Shown here: positions 1-13,090 of the stretch, piece by piece
Layout of the letters: every line of letters begins with the position of its first letter
Numbering within the stretch: position 1 is the stretch's first letter
Program-made: the position numbers and the translations under genes
The notes under the pieces: generated by a model
Seen by the model: only the letters and a program-made list of their open reading frames with translations
What the model was told of the DNA's origin: nothing
Databases searched by the model: none
Assembly: GCF_963921235.1 (NCBI RefSeq)
Contig: NC_086108.1
Span: 35,528,001-35,592,000, forward strand
Direction of reading: 5' to 3'
Source: Mobula hypostoma
Taxonomy: Eukaryota
Length of the DNA stretch: 64,000 nucleotides

Positions 1-2665
1 TACTACAGCAGTGCTCAGGCAGGACAGATTAGAGGGCTTGTCTACTGAGTCCTTATGGGTGGAGTTGAGAAACAGGAAAGGTATGGCCACATTAGTGGGA
101 TTGTATTACAGACCACCCAATAGTCAACGAGATTTGGAAGAGCAAATCTGCAGAGAGATAGCAGGCAACTGCAGGAAACATAAAGTTGTGGTGGTAGGGG
201 ATTTTAATTTTCCATATATTGATTGGGACTCCCATACTGTTAGGGGTCTAGATGGTTTAGAGTTTGTAAAATGTGTTCAGGAAAGTTTTCTAAATCAGTA
301 TATAGAGGGACCAACTAGAGGGGATGCAATATTGGATCTCCTGTTAGGAAACGAGTTAGGACAAGTAATGGAAGTCTGTGTAGGGGAGCAATTTGGTTCC
401 AGTGATCATAACACCATTAGTTTCAACTTGATCATGGACAAGGATAGATCTGGTCCTAGGGTTGAGGTTCTGAACTGGAAGAAGGCCAAATTTGAAGAAA
501 TGAGAAAAGATCTAAAAAGTGTGGATTGGGACAGGATGTTCTCTGGCAAAGATGTGATCAGTAGGTGGGAAGCCTTCAAAGGAGAAATTCTGAGAGTGCA
601 GAGTTTGTATGTTCCTGTCAGGATTAAAGGCAAAGTGAATAGGAATAAGGAACCTTGGTTCTCAAGGGATATTGCAACTCTGATAAAGAAACGGAGGGAG
701 CTATATGACATCTATAGGAAACAGGGAGTAAATAAGGTGCTTGAGGAGTATAAGAAGAGCAAGAAAATACTTAAGAAAGAAATCAGAAGGGCTAAAAGAA
801 GACATGAGGTTGCCTTGGCAGTCAAAGTGAAGGATAATCCAAAGAGCTTTTACAGGTATATTAAGAGCAAAAGGATTGTAAGGGATAAAATTGGTCCTCT
901 TGAAGATCAGAGTGGTCGGCTATGTGCGGAACCAAAGGAATTGGGGGAGATCTTAAATAGGTTTTTTGCGTCTGTATTTACTAAGGAAACTGGCATGAAG
1001 TCTATGGAATTGAGGGAATCAAGTAGTGAGATCATGGAAACTGTACAGACTGAAAAGGAGGAGGTGCTTGCCACTTTGAGGAAAATTAAAGTGGATAAAT
1101 CTCCGGGACCTGACAGAGTGTTCCCTCGGACCTTGAAGGAGACTAGTGTTGAAATTGCAGAGGCCCTAGCAGAAATATTTAAAATGTTGCTGTCTACAGG
1201 TGAGGTGCCGGAGGATTGGAGAGTGGCTCATGTTGTTCCGTTGTTTAAAAAAGGATCGAAAAGTAAACTGGGAAATTATAGGCCGGTAAGTTTAACGTCG
1301 GTAGTAAGTAAATTATTGGAGGGAGTACTAAGAGACAGAATCTACAAGCATTTGGATAGACAGGGACTTATTAGGGAGAGTCAACATGGCTTTGTGCGTG
1401 GTAGGTCATGTTTGACCAATCATTGGAGTTTTTCGAGGAGGTTACCAGGAAAGTGGATGAAGGGAAGGCAGTGGATATTGTCTACATGGACTTCAGTAAG
1501 GCCTTTGACAAGGTCCCGCATGGGAGGTTAGTTAGAAAAATTCAGTCGCTAGGTATACATGGAGAGGTGGTAAATTGGATCAGACATTGGCTCAATGGAA
1601 GAAGCCAAAGAGTGGTAGTAGAGAATTGCTTCTCCGAGTGGAGGCCTGTGACTAGTGGTGTGCCACAGGGATCAGTGCTGGGTCCATTGTTATTTGTCAT
1701 CTATATCAATCATCTGGATGATAATGTGGTAAATCGGATCAGCAAATTTGCTGATGATACAAAGATTGGAGGTGTAGTAGACAGTGAGGAAGGTTTTCAG
1801 ATCCTGCAGAGGGACTTGGACCAGCTGGAAAAATGGGCTGAAAAATGGCAGATGGAGTTTAATACAGACAAGTGTGAGGTATTGCACGTTGGAAGGACAA
1901 ACCAAGGTAGAACATACAGAGTTAATGGTAAGGCACTGAGGAGTGCAGTAGAACAGAGGGATCTGGGAATACAGATACAAAATTCCCTAAAAGTGGCGTC
2001 ACAGGTAGATAGGGTCATAAAGAGAGCTTTTGGTACATTGGCCTTTATTAATCAAAGTATTGAGTATAAGAGCTGGAATGTTATGATGAGGTTGTATAAG
2101 GCATTGGTGAGGCCGATTCTGGAGTATTGTGTTCAGTTTTGGTCACCAAATTACAGGAAGGATATAAATAAGATTGAAAGAGTGCAGAGAAGGTTTACGA
2201 GGATGTTGCCGGGACTTGAGAAACTCAGTTACAGAGAAAGGTTGAATAGGTTAGGATTTTATTCCCTGGAGCGTAGAAGAATGAGGGGAGATTTGATAGA
2301 GGTATATAAAATTATGATGGGTATAGATAGAGTGAATGCAAGCAGGCTTTTTCCACTGAGGCAAGGGGAGAAAAAAACCTGAGGACATGGGTTAAGGGTG
2401 AGGGGGGAAAAGTTTAAAGGGAACATTAGGGGGGGCTTCTTCACACAGAGAGTGGTGGGAGTATGGAATGAGCTGCCAGACGAGGTGGTAAATGCGGATT
2501 CTTTTTTAACATTTAAGAATAAATTGGACAGATACATGGATGGGAGGTGTATGGAGGGATATGGTCCGTGTGCAGGTCAGTGGGACTAGGCAGAAAATGG
2601 TTCGGCACAGCCAAGAAGGGCCAAAAGGCCTGTTTCTGTACTGTAGTTTTTCTATGGTTTCTATG
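1..2665 (+). mobile_element. Young CR1-clade LINE (ORF2 endonuclease plus reverse transcriptase and 3' UTR); 5' part lies outside the window
   Basis: ORFs 11-1531, 1408-2382 and 2398-2589 carry APE motifs (YYRPP, VGDFN, SDHN) and RT motifs (NYRPVSLTS, DFSKAFD, GVPQGSVLGP, FADD). Ends in a short tandem tail TTTCTATGG TTTCTATG. Confidence 0.95.
11..2589 (+). pseudogene. CR1 ORF2 broken by a 1-nt deletion at ~1422 and a nonsense codon at 2380-2382
   Basis: Compared with the sister copy at 47111-49304: CCAATCATTGG here vs CCAATCTATTGG, and ACC TGA here vs ACC AGA. Confidence 0.9.
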
Positions 2666-2841
2666 ATTAATCCACACTGATACAATTGTACTTCTATGCT
2701 ATATCGACTGTCCTGTTGTATATACTATTTATTACAAATTACAATAAATTGCACATTGCTCATTCAGATGGAGACGCAACGTAAAGATTTTTAATCCTCA
2801 TGTATGTGAAGGATGTAAGAGATAAAGTCAATTCAATTCAA
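2666..2841 (+). mobile_element. 3' UTR fragment of a non-LTR element with (CAATT)n tail
   Basis: AT-rich stretch ending ATAAAGT-CAATT-CAATT-CAAT, the same tail architecture as the Rex-type elements elsewhere in the window. Confidence 0.5.
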
Positions 2842-3039
2842 TATGCTCCAAGATGCCTGGCTGCTCCACTCCTCTTTAAAATGTCTTTAACGCGATCCAA
2901 GACGTACATGATTCTGCCACATGGTAGGCAACACACCACTTGAGTCTCCCTATCACATCCACAGTCTCTCTTATCTATTCTTCTATGAAGTCTCCTATCA
3001 CCACTGCATTCCTCCTCTACCCCCTTCCCTTCTGAGCCA

Positions 3040-3410
3040 CAGCACCACAGACCCGGTCACTGCGTCTCCCCCAGTAGGTCACCCTCCAATCCCAATGGTA
3101 TACTTGTTATTGAGGAGAACAGCCACACGTATATTCTGTACTGGTTGATATTTCCCCCTTCCTGGCAGTCACCCATTTACCTGCCTCTTGCAGCCTTGGG
3201 GTGACTACTTCTCTACAGCTCCTCGGTTTCCCTTATTAGCTGAAGGTCATCGAGCTGCAGCTCCAGTTCTTTAACACATTCTCCGAGGAGATGCAGCCCA
3301 GTGAACCTGGTGCAGATGTGGTTATCTGGGAGGCTCGACTTCTCCCAGGATTCCCACATCTCGCACAAGGACCAAAACACAGCCCCTGGAGGCATTCTCA
3401 CTGCCCTAGA
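3040..3410 (-). mobile_element. Decayed CR1 ORF1 fragment (zinc-finger/coiled-coil part)
   Basis: ORF 3213-3401 (CEMWE...HICTR...VKELELQLDDLQLIRE) parallels QLLEDRVRDLEQQMDNLWLVRE in the CR1 ORF1 at 32445. Confidence 0.75.
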
Positions 3411-3744
3411 GATGAAGAAGGGGTTAAATAATAAAAGGATGAAGGCACAAAGGAAAAAGAAAGTTGTAGCAAAGCAAATAAAGCAACAGTTGAACAGTTC
3501 CTACAAGAAAACTTAGAGGCATGAAGAAGTAACAATTATAAAATGACAGACATGCATGCTGCCTATACTTTGGAAGGCAAATAGCTCATAGATGAAGAAC
3601 TTAAAACTAAGAAGCTTATTAATAATCAAAGAACTTTAAATATACCAGTTACATCTGAGTTTGAGGATTTTTTAATAAAACCACACTTTATAGACAGAAA
3701 CTTATTTTTTAACCTTTCTATTTTAATTCACCTCCAAGAAGGCC

Positions 3745-4750
3745 ATAACCTTGCCATTGGGTTTGGAGACTTGCATGCCACAATGACCCAGAGAGCTATG
3801 CTGGCTGGAGTCAGGCCATTATGCTTTGGTAGGGTCAGCACACTAAACAGATCAAAGAGTAGAGGTCCGTGAAGTCTGCATTCTGGTTCACGGTCTTGTC
3901 TGTGGATTCCGTCTTCCAGTTGTTTCTGTTTTCCCTTATTCCATTGGGCGCCTTAGTTGAGGCACCTGATTCTCGTTGTGGGCTGACAACATAAATAGGT
4001 CCAGGGTCCAGCTATTCCTTCGCTGGACCGTTCCCATTAGAATCCCCCTCAGAAACCCATACCAAGAAGCTCGGCATCAGAAACTCATTCCAGGAAGCTC
4101 GGCATCAGAAACCCACACCAAGAAGCTCATAACCAGAAGCACGTGACCTCAGCCAATGTGGTAAGTATGGAGCTCATTATTGGAGCTACTGAGTTTCATG
4201 GACTCTAGGTTGCCTCTGTGTCCTCTGTCCAAGAAGAGTCCTGGCCCTGTGTCCAAGAACGGTCCCGGCCCTGCCAAGTCCGAGTTCCAAGTCAAAGGCC
4301 AAGTTAAGACCCAAGTACCTAGTTCTTGCCAAGACCCAAGTTCTCAGTCAAGTCCAAGTCCCAAGTCCTAGCCCAGGTTGTATCCTACGTCTACGTCCAT
4401 GTTGTTATTTTGTCCTCGCTCTTTGGCTTCCCTAGTATTCTTAGTAAACATAGTCTTGTTCATACTACTTCAGTGTCTGTGTCTTGCCTTTGGGTCTGCT
4501 CCCAATGCTCCCTTGTAACACTAAGAGTGGTCCACCAGTCTTCCATTTTCGGGGGTTCTGCTCAGGGCTAACAACCCTGACTGGTAAAACAAAATTTTTA
4601 CAGAAACAGCAATAAAGAATCCTTCTACATTTGAGTGTGAAGGTATTCCTGAGTCTCCAGCTGGGACTTGCATGACCCACGGTAGTGAAAACTGTGAGGG
4701 AGCTACTGACATGATGAAGGAAGCCCTGACCACTGCCAGAGATAGAGGAC
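3745..4750 (+). mobile_element. Probable RTE-type LINE 5' region, split by an LTR insertion
   Basis: CAATGACCCAGAGAGCTATGC...GGTAGGGTC and GGGCTAACAACCCTGACTGGTAAAAC resemble RTE 5' UTR motifs as I recall them. The sequence appears to resume after base 4520. Confidence 0.45.
3866..4520 (+). mobile_element. 5'-truncated solo LTR (Gypsy-like)
   Basis: CACCTG followed by TATA-like ATAAATA (~3991), internal tandem repeats, AGTAAA signal (~4443), and a U5-like end TTTGGGTC...TGTAACA. Confidence 0.6.
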
Positions 4751-7700
4751 CGGGCAAAGTAATTAAAAAATAAAGAAAAAAGACAGAAATGGCAATTGTA
4801 AAGCTTGCTGCAGCACACTCTCAGCTGAACTATGTCAGTACATCATCTTCGTGTATCAACAAGAGCATCTTCTATATGGACAAGAGCTTATTTGAGGAGA
4901 AGGGATAAATCCTATTATCCTGGTTGTCTCCTCCTTACAATAAGCTGTTGAGGTATTAATCCACATCAATGATGGTCGAGCCAATTTGCTATATCAAATG
5001 GTGACGTCAAACTGAATGCAAAGTAGTTGTGAGCACAGCAACAACTTTTGAAGTATTCGGTGGGAGACAAAGGAGATTCAACAAAGTCTCCTCTGCTGCC
5101 CTAGGAAAAACAGAAAAGAACCATTCTGAATGCACTGGAATATAGATGAAGTCAGTCAACTATCTGTACCAAATCTTGAGCTTCTGCAGCTCCATGGCGC
5201 TGCATTACACATAGAAACATGCAGCACCCTTTTTCACTGTGTAAATCCTCAGTGTAGAATTCCTGTCTCCAGTCAGTAAGTTGCCTGTGGGGAGCATGTT
5301 GCATGTTCAGCAGTCTGCATCGCTTATGCAAATCAAGAGAAGCTAAAACTCAGGCAGGTCCTAGACTTGCTTTCCAAACAATATAATAGTGGGAAATAAA
5401 ACTCAAGCACTGTGTTTCTTCACTAAGTATCAGCACATCTAGGCATCAACCTCTTCATTAAAGATTTAATCAGTTTAGAGTAAGCCACTCTGAAATGTAG
5501 CAACAAAAGCTGTGGTCTACAATGTTCACATGCATGTAATTACTGTGTGTTTCTTAAAGCGTGCAGAATCACCAGAAGCTTTCCCCAGTTAATTGGAGCT
5601 GGCTGCAGACATTTGACGTAGCAGCTCCTGGCTGGTTTCATCTTAGTTTGCAGTATTTGATAATGCAATGCATTCATTGAAGGAGTTCATGAAATAGGAT
5701 CCTCCTTCATTAACTTGTCACTTTCCAGTTCATTTCACAAAAATAAAGATACAAGATTTTCCATATGGCTCGCTGACAGATTAAACATCTAAATAAACAG
5801 ACAGGCACGATAAAAGTTTTCTTTTTAGGGCAAATAATTACTCCTATGATATAATAATTATAATAATAATAATGATTATAATAATTTCCTTATAAACACC
5901 ACTAGGGATATAGACTTGAGTGCTAGAGAAACAAAAATGATTTACTGTTCATGCCCTGGCCTGAAACCATAATGAAATTGTTGAAGAGTTAATATTATGT
6001 CTTTTATTATTTTACATAGTAATAAAATAGTTTATTGCCTTGCAACATAAAAAAGATTAATTCCTGTTGTGCTACTGATACATAAACAGGTTATGCATGG
6101 GAAATGGTGCAAAGAGAGCTGAGAAAATACTTGAGAAATAGAAATGGTAGCTCTATTCTTGAGAACCTTCGCATCTCACTCCACTGTCACATAGCAGCTT
6201 CCTGCTCTGCACACAGTCAATTCAAGCTTTATTCTGAGGATGTGGTGAGGGGGTTTTCCATTTGACACTCAAGTGACGTTAATGCCGTGTAAGTTACTCT
6301 ATAACTTCTCAATGTATATATTGTTGGGCTGAAGTGCTTCAAATCAAACCATGCATTGCTTGCAAAGTCCTATACTTTCATCTTTCACTGTAATTTTGCA
6401 GGTCACTTTTACTCCAGAAAAGAAGCAAGCACCTTGTTCAGGAAGTTACTTTTACCTTCAGTCGCTTCTTCTCCGAGACAAGTGGGTATCGATTGTTATT
6501 CATTTGAATGAATCCTCTCTGCCCAATCTGAATTGTTCTATTGGTATTGCTGGTTATTCACTTAATCCAAAAATCCTACTAGTAGGAAACATAGGCAAGG
6601 CCACAGGGAAAGAGCTGGAAAGTGAGATTAACTGTTACCTCTTTCAGAGAAACCGCAGAGGTCTGTGCTGCAAACTTAGTCCCCATGCACTATTCCGAAT
6701 GTATCCACTGCATACGGCTATTGTGCATTTCCACAGAGTGCCGAATGCTCTGATTGAATTTGTGCCAGCGGCAGGCATTCGGCACACAGTACCGGTTCCT
6801 GGCCGGTCCGGTCCTGAGTTTGTGATGCTTGATGATAGAATGCATTCATCTCGACTGGTTGCTCAACAGGATCTCCCTTCCCCCACCTGTCAGTTTCAGA
6901 TTCATTTCATGAGAATGAAGATAATAGATTTTCCACACAGTTGTTTTACAGATGAAACAATGATATAAGGCTGTGTGTTAGGGTAAATAATAAAAGTAAT
7001 TTGGTAAAATGTTTCAGTGAGTTCACTTCTTGTCAGTAAACACCACTGAGAATGAAGATTAAAGCATATTCCCAAATATTCCAGGGAATTGAACATGGGT
7101 TTCACCTGGTTTCTGTTTTAGCTGCACTATGTTTAATTGCCTATGGCAGAAGCAGGGAAGAAAACGCACTAAATATTTGACATGACTCTGAAATAATTAA
7201 AAATAAAGATTTTGATTTTTTTTCTCTCTGCTGGAGAAATGTCTAGGAAATGTCCAGATGCGGTGAACTTTAAAACACACTGGTCCAATTGTTTCCCTGC
7301 AGTGTGAGGGTCCTACTGTTTTCCGTGAAGTGAGACTGGCAAGGATGGGGAGGTGCTGTAGGCAGGAGAGTTGTTTTAAGGTGCACCTATATCCTCCCGA
7401 ATTAGCTAATGGGGCTTTTGAAGGACCGCTCTCCAAAACTGGTCACTATTGAGCAGAGCAGATTTTGACCTGACCCATAAGAAGGTTTTCAGCACACAGC
7501 ACAGAAAGAGGCCCTGTGGTCTAAAGTGTCCATGTTGACCATCAGGTGCCAATCGAGTGTCCGGTGCAGCTTCCAACTAAAAGTAATCATTGACAACAGA
7601 TAAGAAAACTTTTTGAGGAACTAGGAGGAGGAGTGCACGTCACAACTACACTCTCTTGCCAAGCTCTACTACCCCACCTCACCTCCAGCACTGCTCAACT

Positions 7701-8929
7701 CCCGGTCCCTCCTGGGTGATCCAAAGTAGATAGTTCTTAGGAGGTGAGACCCCTGTGGAGACGTTGCCCTTAAAGGATTGATGAGCCCCAAGAATGAACT
7801 TTTGCAGTATCATGTTGAGAGACAGGATTCTTGACAGCCTTCACCTGTCCTGTTCTCTTCATCACATGTAGAATAGCAGGGAGACAGAGAATGGTGCAAC
7901 TAAATGCAAAGTCACAGAAAGCATAAAAATATGAAAGAGTCACTGAACCCCTGGGAAGTAGAAAGTGTAATACCCTGAGCTTCCTATATTATTGGAGGGA
8001 ATAACAATGCTAGATGCTGAACTCTGATTAAATATCTACAGAGAGGTAAAAATATCATTGTGTTACAGATGAACCTAACAGCCCATGATACTGTATTTGC
8101 ATGGACTAAGATTAACAAGTATGTCCCTCCTCAAGATAATAGTGAGGCTCTGTCATCAGTACAGTTTCTAGTTTCAGTCTCTTCATTCATTAAAAGATAC
8201 TGAGACATCAGAGATAGTTTAATTTACAAAAAAAGTGATTAATCTACAGTTTTTTTTAAAAATGGGTTATGGTTATCTTCAAAAGCTGGATCTCTCAAAA
8301 TACAGAATCTTGTGGCCAAACCTTATTTCATGAAAGTTATTTCATTTTAGGGTTAAGTCAAAGGTTAAAATTCAAAGTACCCTGAAACAAAAACCAGCCG
8401 GTTCAAACCTCTCTGCTTTTGGTTTTGCCTGCAGCAGGATCACAACAGACAACCAACCATCTCACAAGAGGCAGGCCATCCATTTAAATATTATAAAGAT
8501 AATGAGTGCCACCTTGCCCACAGCTTCTGGAAGCCTAACAAGCGAAGGGAAGGCTGAAACAATGCCTGTGGGAATTAATTGCATGGATTCACTGAACCAC
8601 ATAAAATCCAGTTACTGTGGCCACTCACTTTGCCCCATCTTCCTCTGTTAGAGGACCAAGCTCAAATCTTAGACCACCTGAAATGGAATCACAAACATTG
8701 ACCCATCAGTGGGACACGGTAGAATTTTTTTTTTTAATTGTCCTCACTCGTCAGTTAATCAAGCTTTCTTTTTCCCCTCAAATCTGTTGTGTGGGCTTTC
8801 AAACAAACTTAAGGATGGTCGCAGGTTATCCACACCCTCTCTCCGCTTTATGGGCTCATCCAACGCAGGTCGTCACATGCTGGGGAGCAGAGCAGGTGAC
8901 TGATACTCTCACAACTCTTTATCTTTACT

Positions 8930-9140
8930 TAGAGGTAACAGGCCCATCCACCCCAAAGAGTTCAATCTGTCAATTACACCCATGTAACTAATTAACCTAC
9001 TAATCCGTACATCTCCCAAATGTGGGAGGAAATCAGAGCTCCCAGAGAAAACCCATACAGTTATGAGGAGAACACACAGACAGAGGCAGGAATTGAATCC
9101 GGGTGCTGATGCAGTACACAAACTGCCACACTACCGTGCC
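8930..9140 (-). mobile_element. tRNA-derived V-SINE-like element
   Basis: Minus strand has B-box-like GATTCAATTCC, then GGGTTTTCTCTGGGAGCTCTGATTTCCTCCCACA and GGTTAATTAG..GTAATTG, the V-SINE central domain pattern. Confidence 0.6.
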
Positions 9141-9629
9141 AGTCCATTCATGTTTCAGTGTGACGTAACGTAATTGGTGTGAATTTGATGATCAAAGTTG
9201 AGTGGTGAGAGGGAGAGAGTCAGATGCGAAGGCATTTTGGCTGTTAGATGTCATGTTCCCAAACAATTGGTGTAGTGAAACCATAGAGCAGATGCACAAC
9301 TTGAAAAAGTTAAAACAGCACTAGCAATTTTCATAAGTTAGACCTTCCTCTGCTTCGTAGTGTTTACAAAGACACTGGACGCTGGGTCTGCCAGCTTTCT
9401 ACCACCTGATCTTAAGATTCCCCACTGGAAGTTGTATTGGGTAAATTCACCTAAAGATGTACTGGAGTCCTATAATGATACGTAAATATAAAGAAATCAT
9501 CTTAGCATCTATTTCTGTTAGTCATGTCATATTTAGACCAGGCACTGGCATTATCACTACCCTCTTACCCTTTATGTACTAAGGCACCTAGACAATGATT
9601 TAGCCATTCAAAAATGTGTGCAATAAGGG

Positions 9630-9865
9630 AGAAATATCACACAAAGAGTGGTTTTGTGTGGAATGTTCTGCCTGGCCATATGGTTGAGGCAGGTCCAATA
9701 AAAACTTTTGAAAGGCAGTTAGACAGGTACACAGATTGGAAAGCTTTAGGAGGTTATCAGCCAAATGCTGGCAAATGGGACTAACTTGGATGGGTTACCT
9801 TAGTCCGCATGGACCTGTTGGGACAAAGGGCCTCTTTCCATGCTGTATAATTCTACATGACTCTA
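9630..9865 (+). mobile_element. Old CR1 3' end
   Basis: ACACAAAGAGTGG..TGGAAT..CTGCC..TTAGACAGGTAC..TGGGACTA..AAAGGGCCT parallels 2445-2650. Confidence 0.65.
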
Positions 9866-11110
9866 AGTAAAGGTAAACAATCCGATTTTGCAGGAAATAG
9901 GCCTCTTAGAACAAGCTGAGGCTTGGTATTTGTAACAGAGTTCAGTCAAGTTTGGCAATGAAACATTTAAGTCAGTCACAGATAACTGACTAGGTTTTTA
10001 CCTCATTTCTCACACGAGATCTTCTGAGAGATGGTTTGAAGATGAAACTACAAAATACCGGAAGTTCACTGCAGGTTTATGACTACTGGAAATGACAGAG
10101 ATTAAAATGTGGGGCTTTCTAACAAAGATGTTCCCCTCCCAAGGCCCAGATACCTGTGCCCCCTGGAAGTCCCGGGTGAGGGATTTGTCCAGGATGTCAA
10201 TGACCTGAGCCCAAGAATGTTGCCAGGGCCATACCCCTCCCAATCCATGAGATACTGAACTCTGAACCACACCCATTAAGATTCCAGTGGGTGTCACACA
10301 GAAGGGATGAGAGACCCATCCAGCAAGCAGGGAGGAGGGGGAGGGGTGACAGGAGCATGGTGAGGGGGAAGAAATCACCGGCTTTACCTGGGAAACATGG
10401 AACACCGGGCTGAATCTTCATCTGTGATGGTAGGCACAGTCTATTTGAAACTCTATTGAAAGCCTTCTCCACTACGAATGGTCCCACATAGTGTAGGGCC
10501 AACTTGTGGCTCTCAACTTTCAAACAAAGCTCTCTAGACACCAGCCAGACTTTCTGCTCTGGCTTTGAGTAGCCTCACCTGAATGACCATGTCAATCTCC
10601 TGGTCAGGAAAGAGTGGTGACTGGAATCCCTTCTGGCATTCAAAGGGATACATACCATTGGGGGATGACTGGAGGTTATTGTGCGCAACCTCTGCCCAAA
10701 CCAGTTGGCAGTTCCAGATGGGGTGGAAGAGACAAAGCAACACAGGGTTGACTCCAGCTCCTGATTCAGTTGGAGCAATGGATTGGGGTTGGAAATCTAA
10801 TGAGAGATTGACTGTACCTTTCACAAGAGAGCAGAAAGACTTCCAAAAATAGGACATGAACTGTGATCCTTGATCAGACACTATATCGCGATGTGCAGCT
10901 TGAACATGTGCTGAACCATGAGGGTGGCAGTCTCATGAGTCACAGAAGCCCGGGGAAAGCAATGAAGTGGGCAGCTTTGGAGAACAGGACCACAACCACC
11001 AGGATGGTAGCATTTCCATCTGATTGGGGCAGACCAGTAATGATATTCACCAAAAGCTGGTATCAGGGATGGTGGTGAGGCACAGGCAGCAGGCCGAGCA
11101 GACCCTGTAA

Positions 11111-11511
11111 GGCCAGTGATGTTGTGGGGATGGAACTGGACTCTCTGACGGTGGTGTCTGAAAAGAGGATGCTGTCTAAGTTGCATGTCATCTTGGACAA
11201 TGTCTCCCATCCACTACATAATGTACTGGGTGGGCACAGGAGTACGTTCAGCCAGAGACTCATTCCACCGAGATGCAACACAGAGCGTCATAGGAAGTCA
11301 TTCCTGCCTGTGGCCATCAAACTTTACAACTCCTCCCTTGGAGGGTCAGACACCCTGAGTCAATAGGCTGGTCCTGGACTTATCTCCTGGCATAATTTAT
11401 ATATTACTATTTAACTATTTATGGTTTTATTACTATTTAATTATTTATGGTGCAACTGTAACGAAAACCAATTTCCCCCGGGACCAATAAAGTATGACTA
11501 TGACTATGACT
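11111..11511 (+). mobile_element. Rex1-type LINE 3' fragment inserted in the Gypsy integrase
   Basis: ILDNVSHPLH...RCNTERHRKSFLPVAIKLYN is a typical Rex1 ORF C-terminus. Ends AATAAAG-(TATGAC)3. The Gypsy frame resumes on both sides. Confidence 0.85.
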
Positions 11512-12340
11512 CAGTGTGCTAATGTGACTTCTTCTTCTGGGCAAAAGAGGGGCAGGCAGAAATGAAGTTGTGGGCATCTTGGGACACAGACGACCACCCA
11601 GATCATCTCTTTTTAAATTGCAGGGTCTGTTGAATTCCCAGATGGGCAACCAAATGAGAGATGCCCCACTCCAACACTGTGAGGTGCACAGTGGCAGGAA
11701 CAAAGAGCAGGTTGGCAGGTCCCCATCCTGGGCTAGGATCAGACCGCTGGGTAGCCTTCGCCTCTGTCTTTATTCCCCAAATCACTGGAGCAGCAACACA
11801 TGAGCGAGGAAGGATAGGTTCTGGATTGGCGTTGTCCTCAGACATGTTAAGCTGATGGGAGAGAGTATCAGCCTTGGTACTATTGCTGCCGGGACAGCGA
11901 GTGAGGGTGAAATTAAACTGGGAGAAGAAGAGAGCCCAAAGGGCTTGATGGGAGCAGAGTCAATTGGCATCCCAATTGTAGGAGAGATTCTTGTGGTCTG
12001 TCCATACCAGAAAGAGGTGCCCTGCCCCCTCCAACCAGAGTCGCCATGCCTCCAGGACCTCCTTGACAGCCAGAAGCTCTTGGTTCCTGACATGGTAATT
12101 ACACATGGCAGGAGTCAAGCAGCAGGAAAGAAAAACACAGAGGAGCAGCCAATTACCCATAGAAGAGTACGGTGAGAGTAGAACTCCAATGACGACACTC
12201 GATGCATTGACCTTGACGATGGATGGATGGATAGGTCTGGATGTTGCAGCACCAGGGCAGTGGTGAAGCATCGCTTAAGTTCTGAGAATGCTTGGTCTAC
12301 TTCACTTGTCCATAGGAATCCTGCCAAGGTCTTCTTCATG

Positions 12341-13090
12341 GGGGTGTCCAATAAGATGGTGACATGTTCAATTGCAGCCACTTCTACGGGATCAACCAAA
12401 GGTATTGTTGTCTTTTATAAACCCATTTTTTACGGTCGCAAAACCCTGCTGCATATTAAGAACTGAAAGTACCGTAGGTCTACCCCATCAGTGTGTTGCT
12501 CGTTGGCGGAGAAGCTGAAGGAGCTGGACCTGGTGTGGATCAAGCTGCTGCCAGCGTCAGAGGGGTCTGTGCATGAAGGCAGTAATTGTCTGAGTCACTT
12601 TTCTTGTGATCACACGACCCTGTTGGGCATTGTTAATATGGAGTGCTGCTCGTCCAATTCACGGAATTATTTGCAGACAGCAGGGCAGATGGTGGGGGAA
12701 GTGTGGCGTCTGTTGCAGTGAGGACTAAGTCTCAAGCTGCAGTGTCGCCGGTTCACAACCACCCAGGAGAGAGACGCTGGAGTCAGTGTCCTCCATCATA
12801 GTCAGTGTGGCACGGCATCCAAGTTAGAGTCAAAGCTCCCCCTAGTGTTCGCTCGGCAGAAGACAAGTGGTGTTGTGCTCGACTGCTCGCTGCTGCAACA
12901 TTCACGGACTCGGGTTCTCGGACTATATATTTTTCTCTGTGACTGTATTTTACTGATATCTCATGTCTTGTGTTATGTGTCACTGCTCGTACTGTGTTTT
13001 GCACTTGGCCCCAGAGTAATGCTGTTTCATTTGGCTGTATTCATAGGCGTTCATGTGTAGTGAAGACAATTAAACTTGAATTTGAACTTG
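12341..13090 (+). mobile_element. Non-coding SINE/LINE-derived insertion in the Gypsy RT-RNaseH connection
   Basis: Separates FIRN.SSIAA (~13095-13135) from MKK..FLWTSEVDQAFSELK (12340 downward). Ends ATTAAA-CTTGAA-TTTGAA-CTTGA. Confidence 0.65.

Noticed and set aside
406..2537. Antisense ORFs over the CR1 copies (also 47239-49295 on the + strand)
   Set aside because: Shadow frames of the LINE ORF2.
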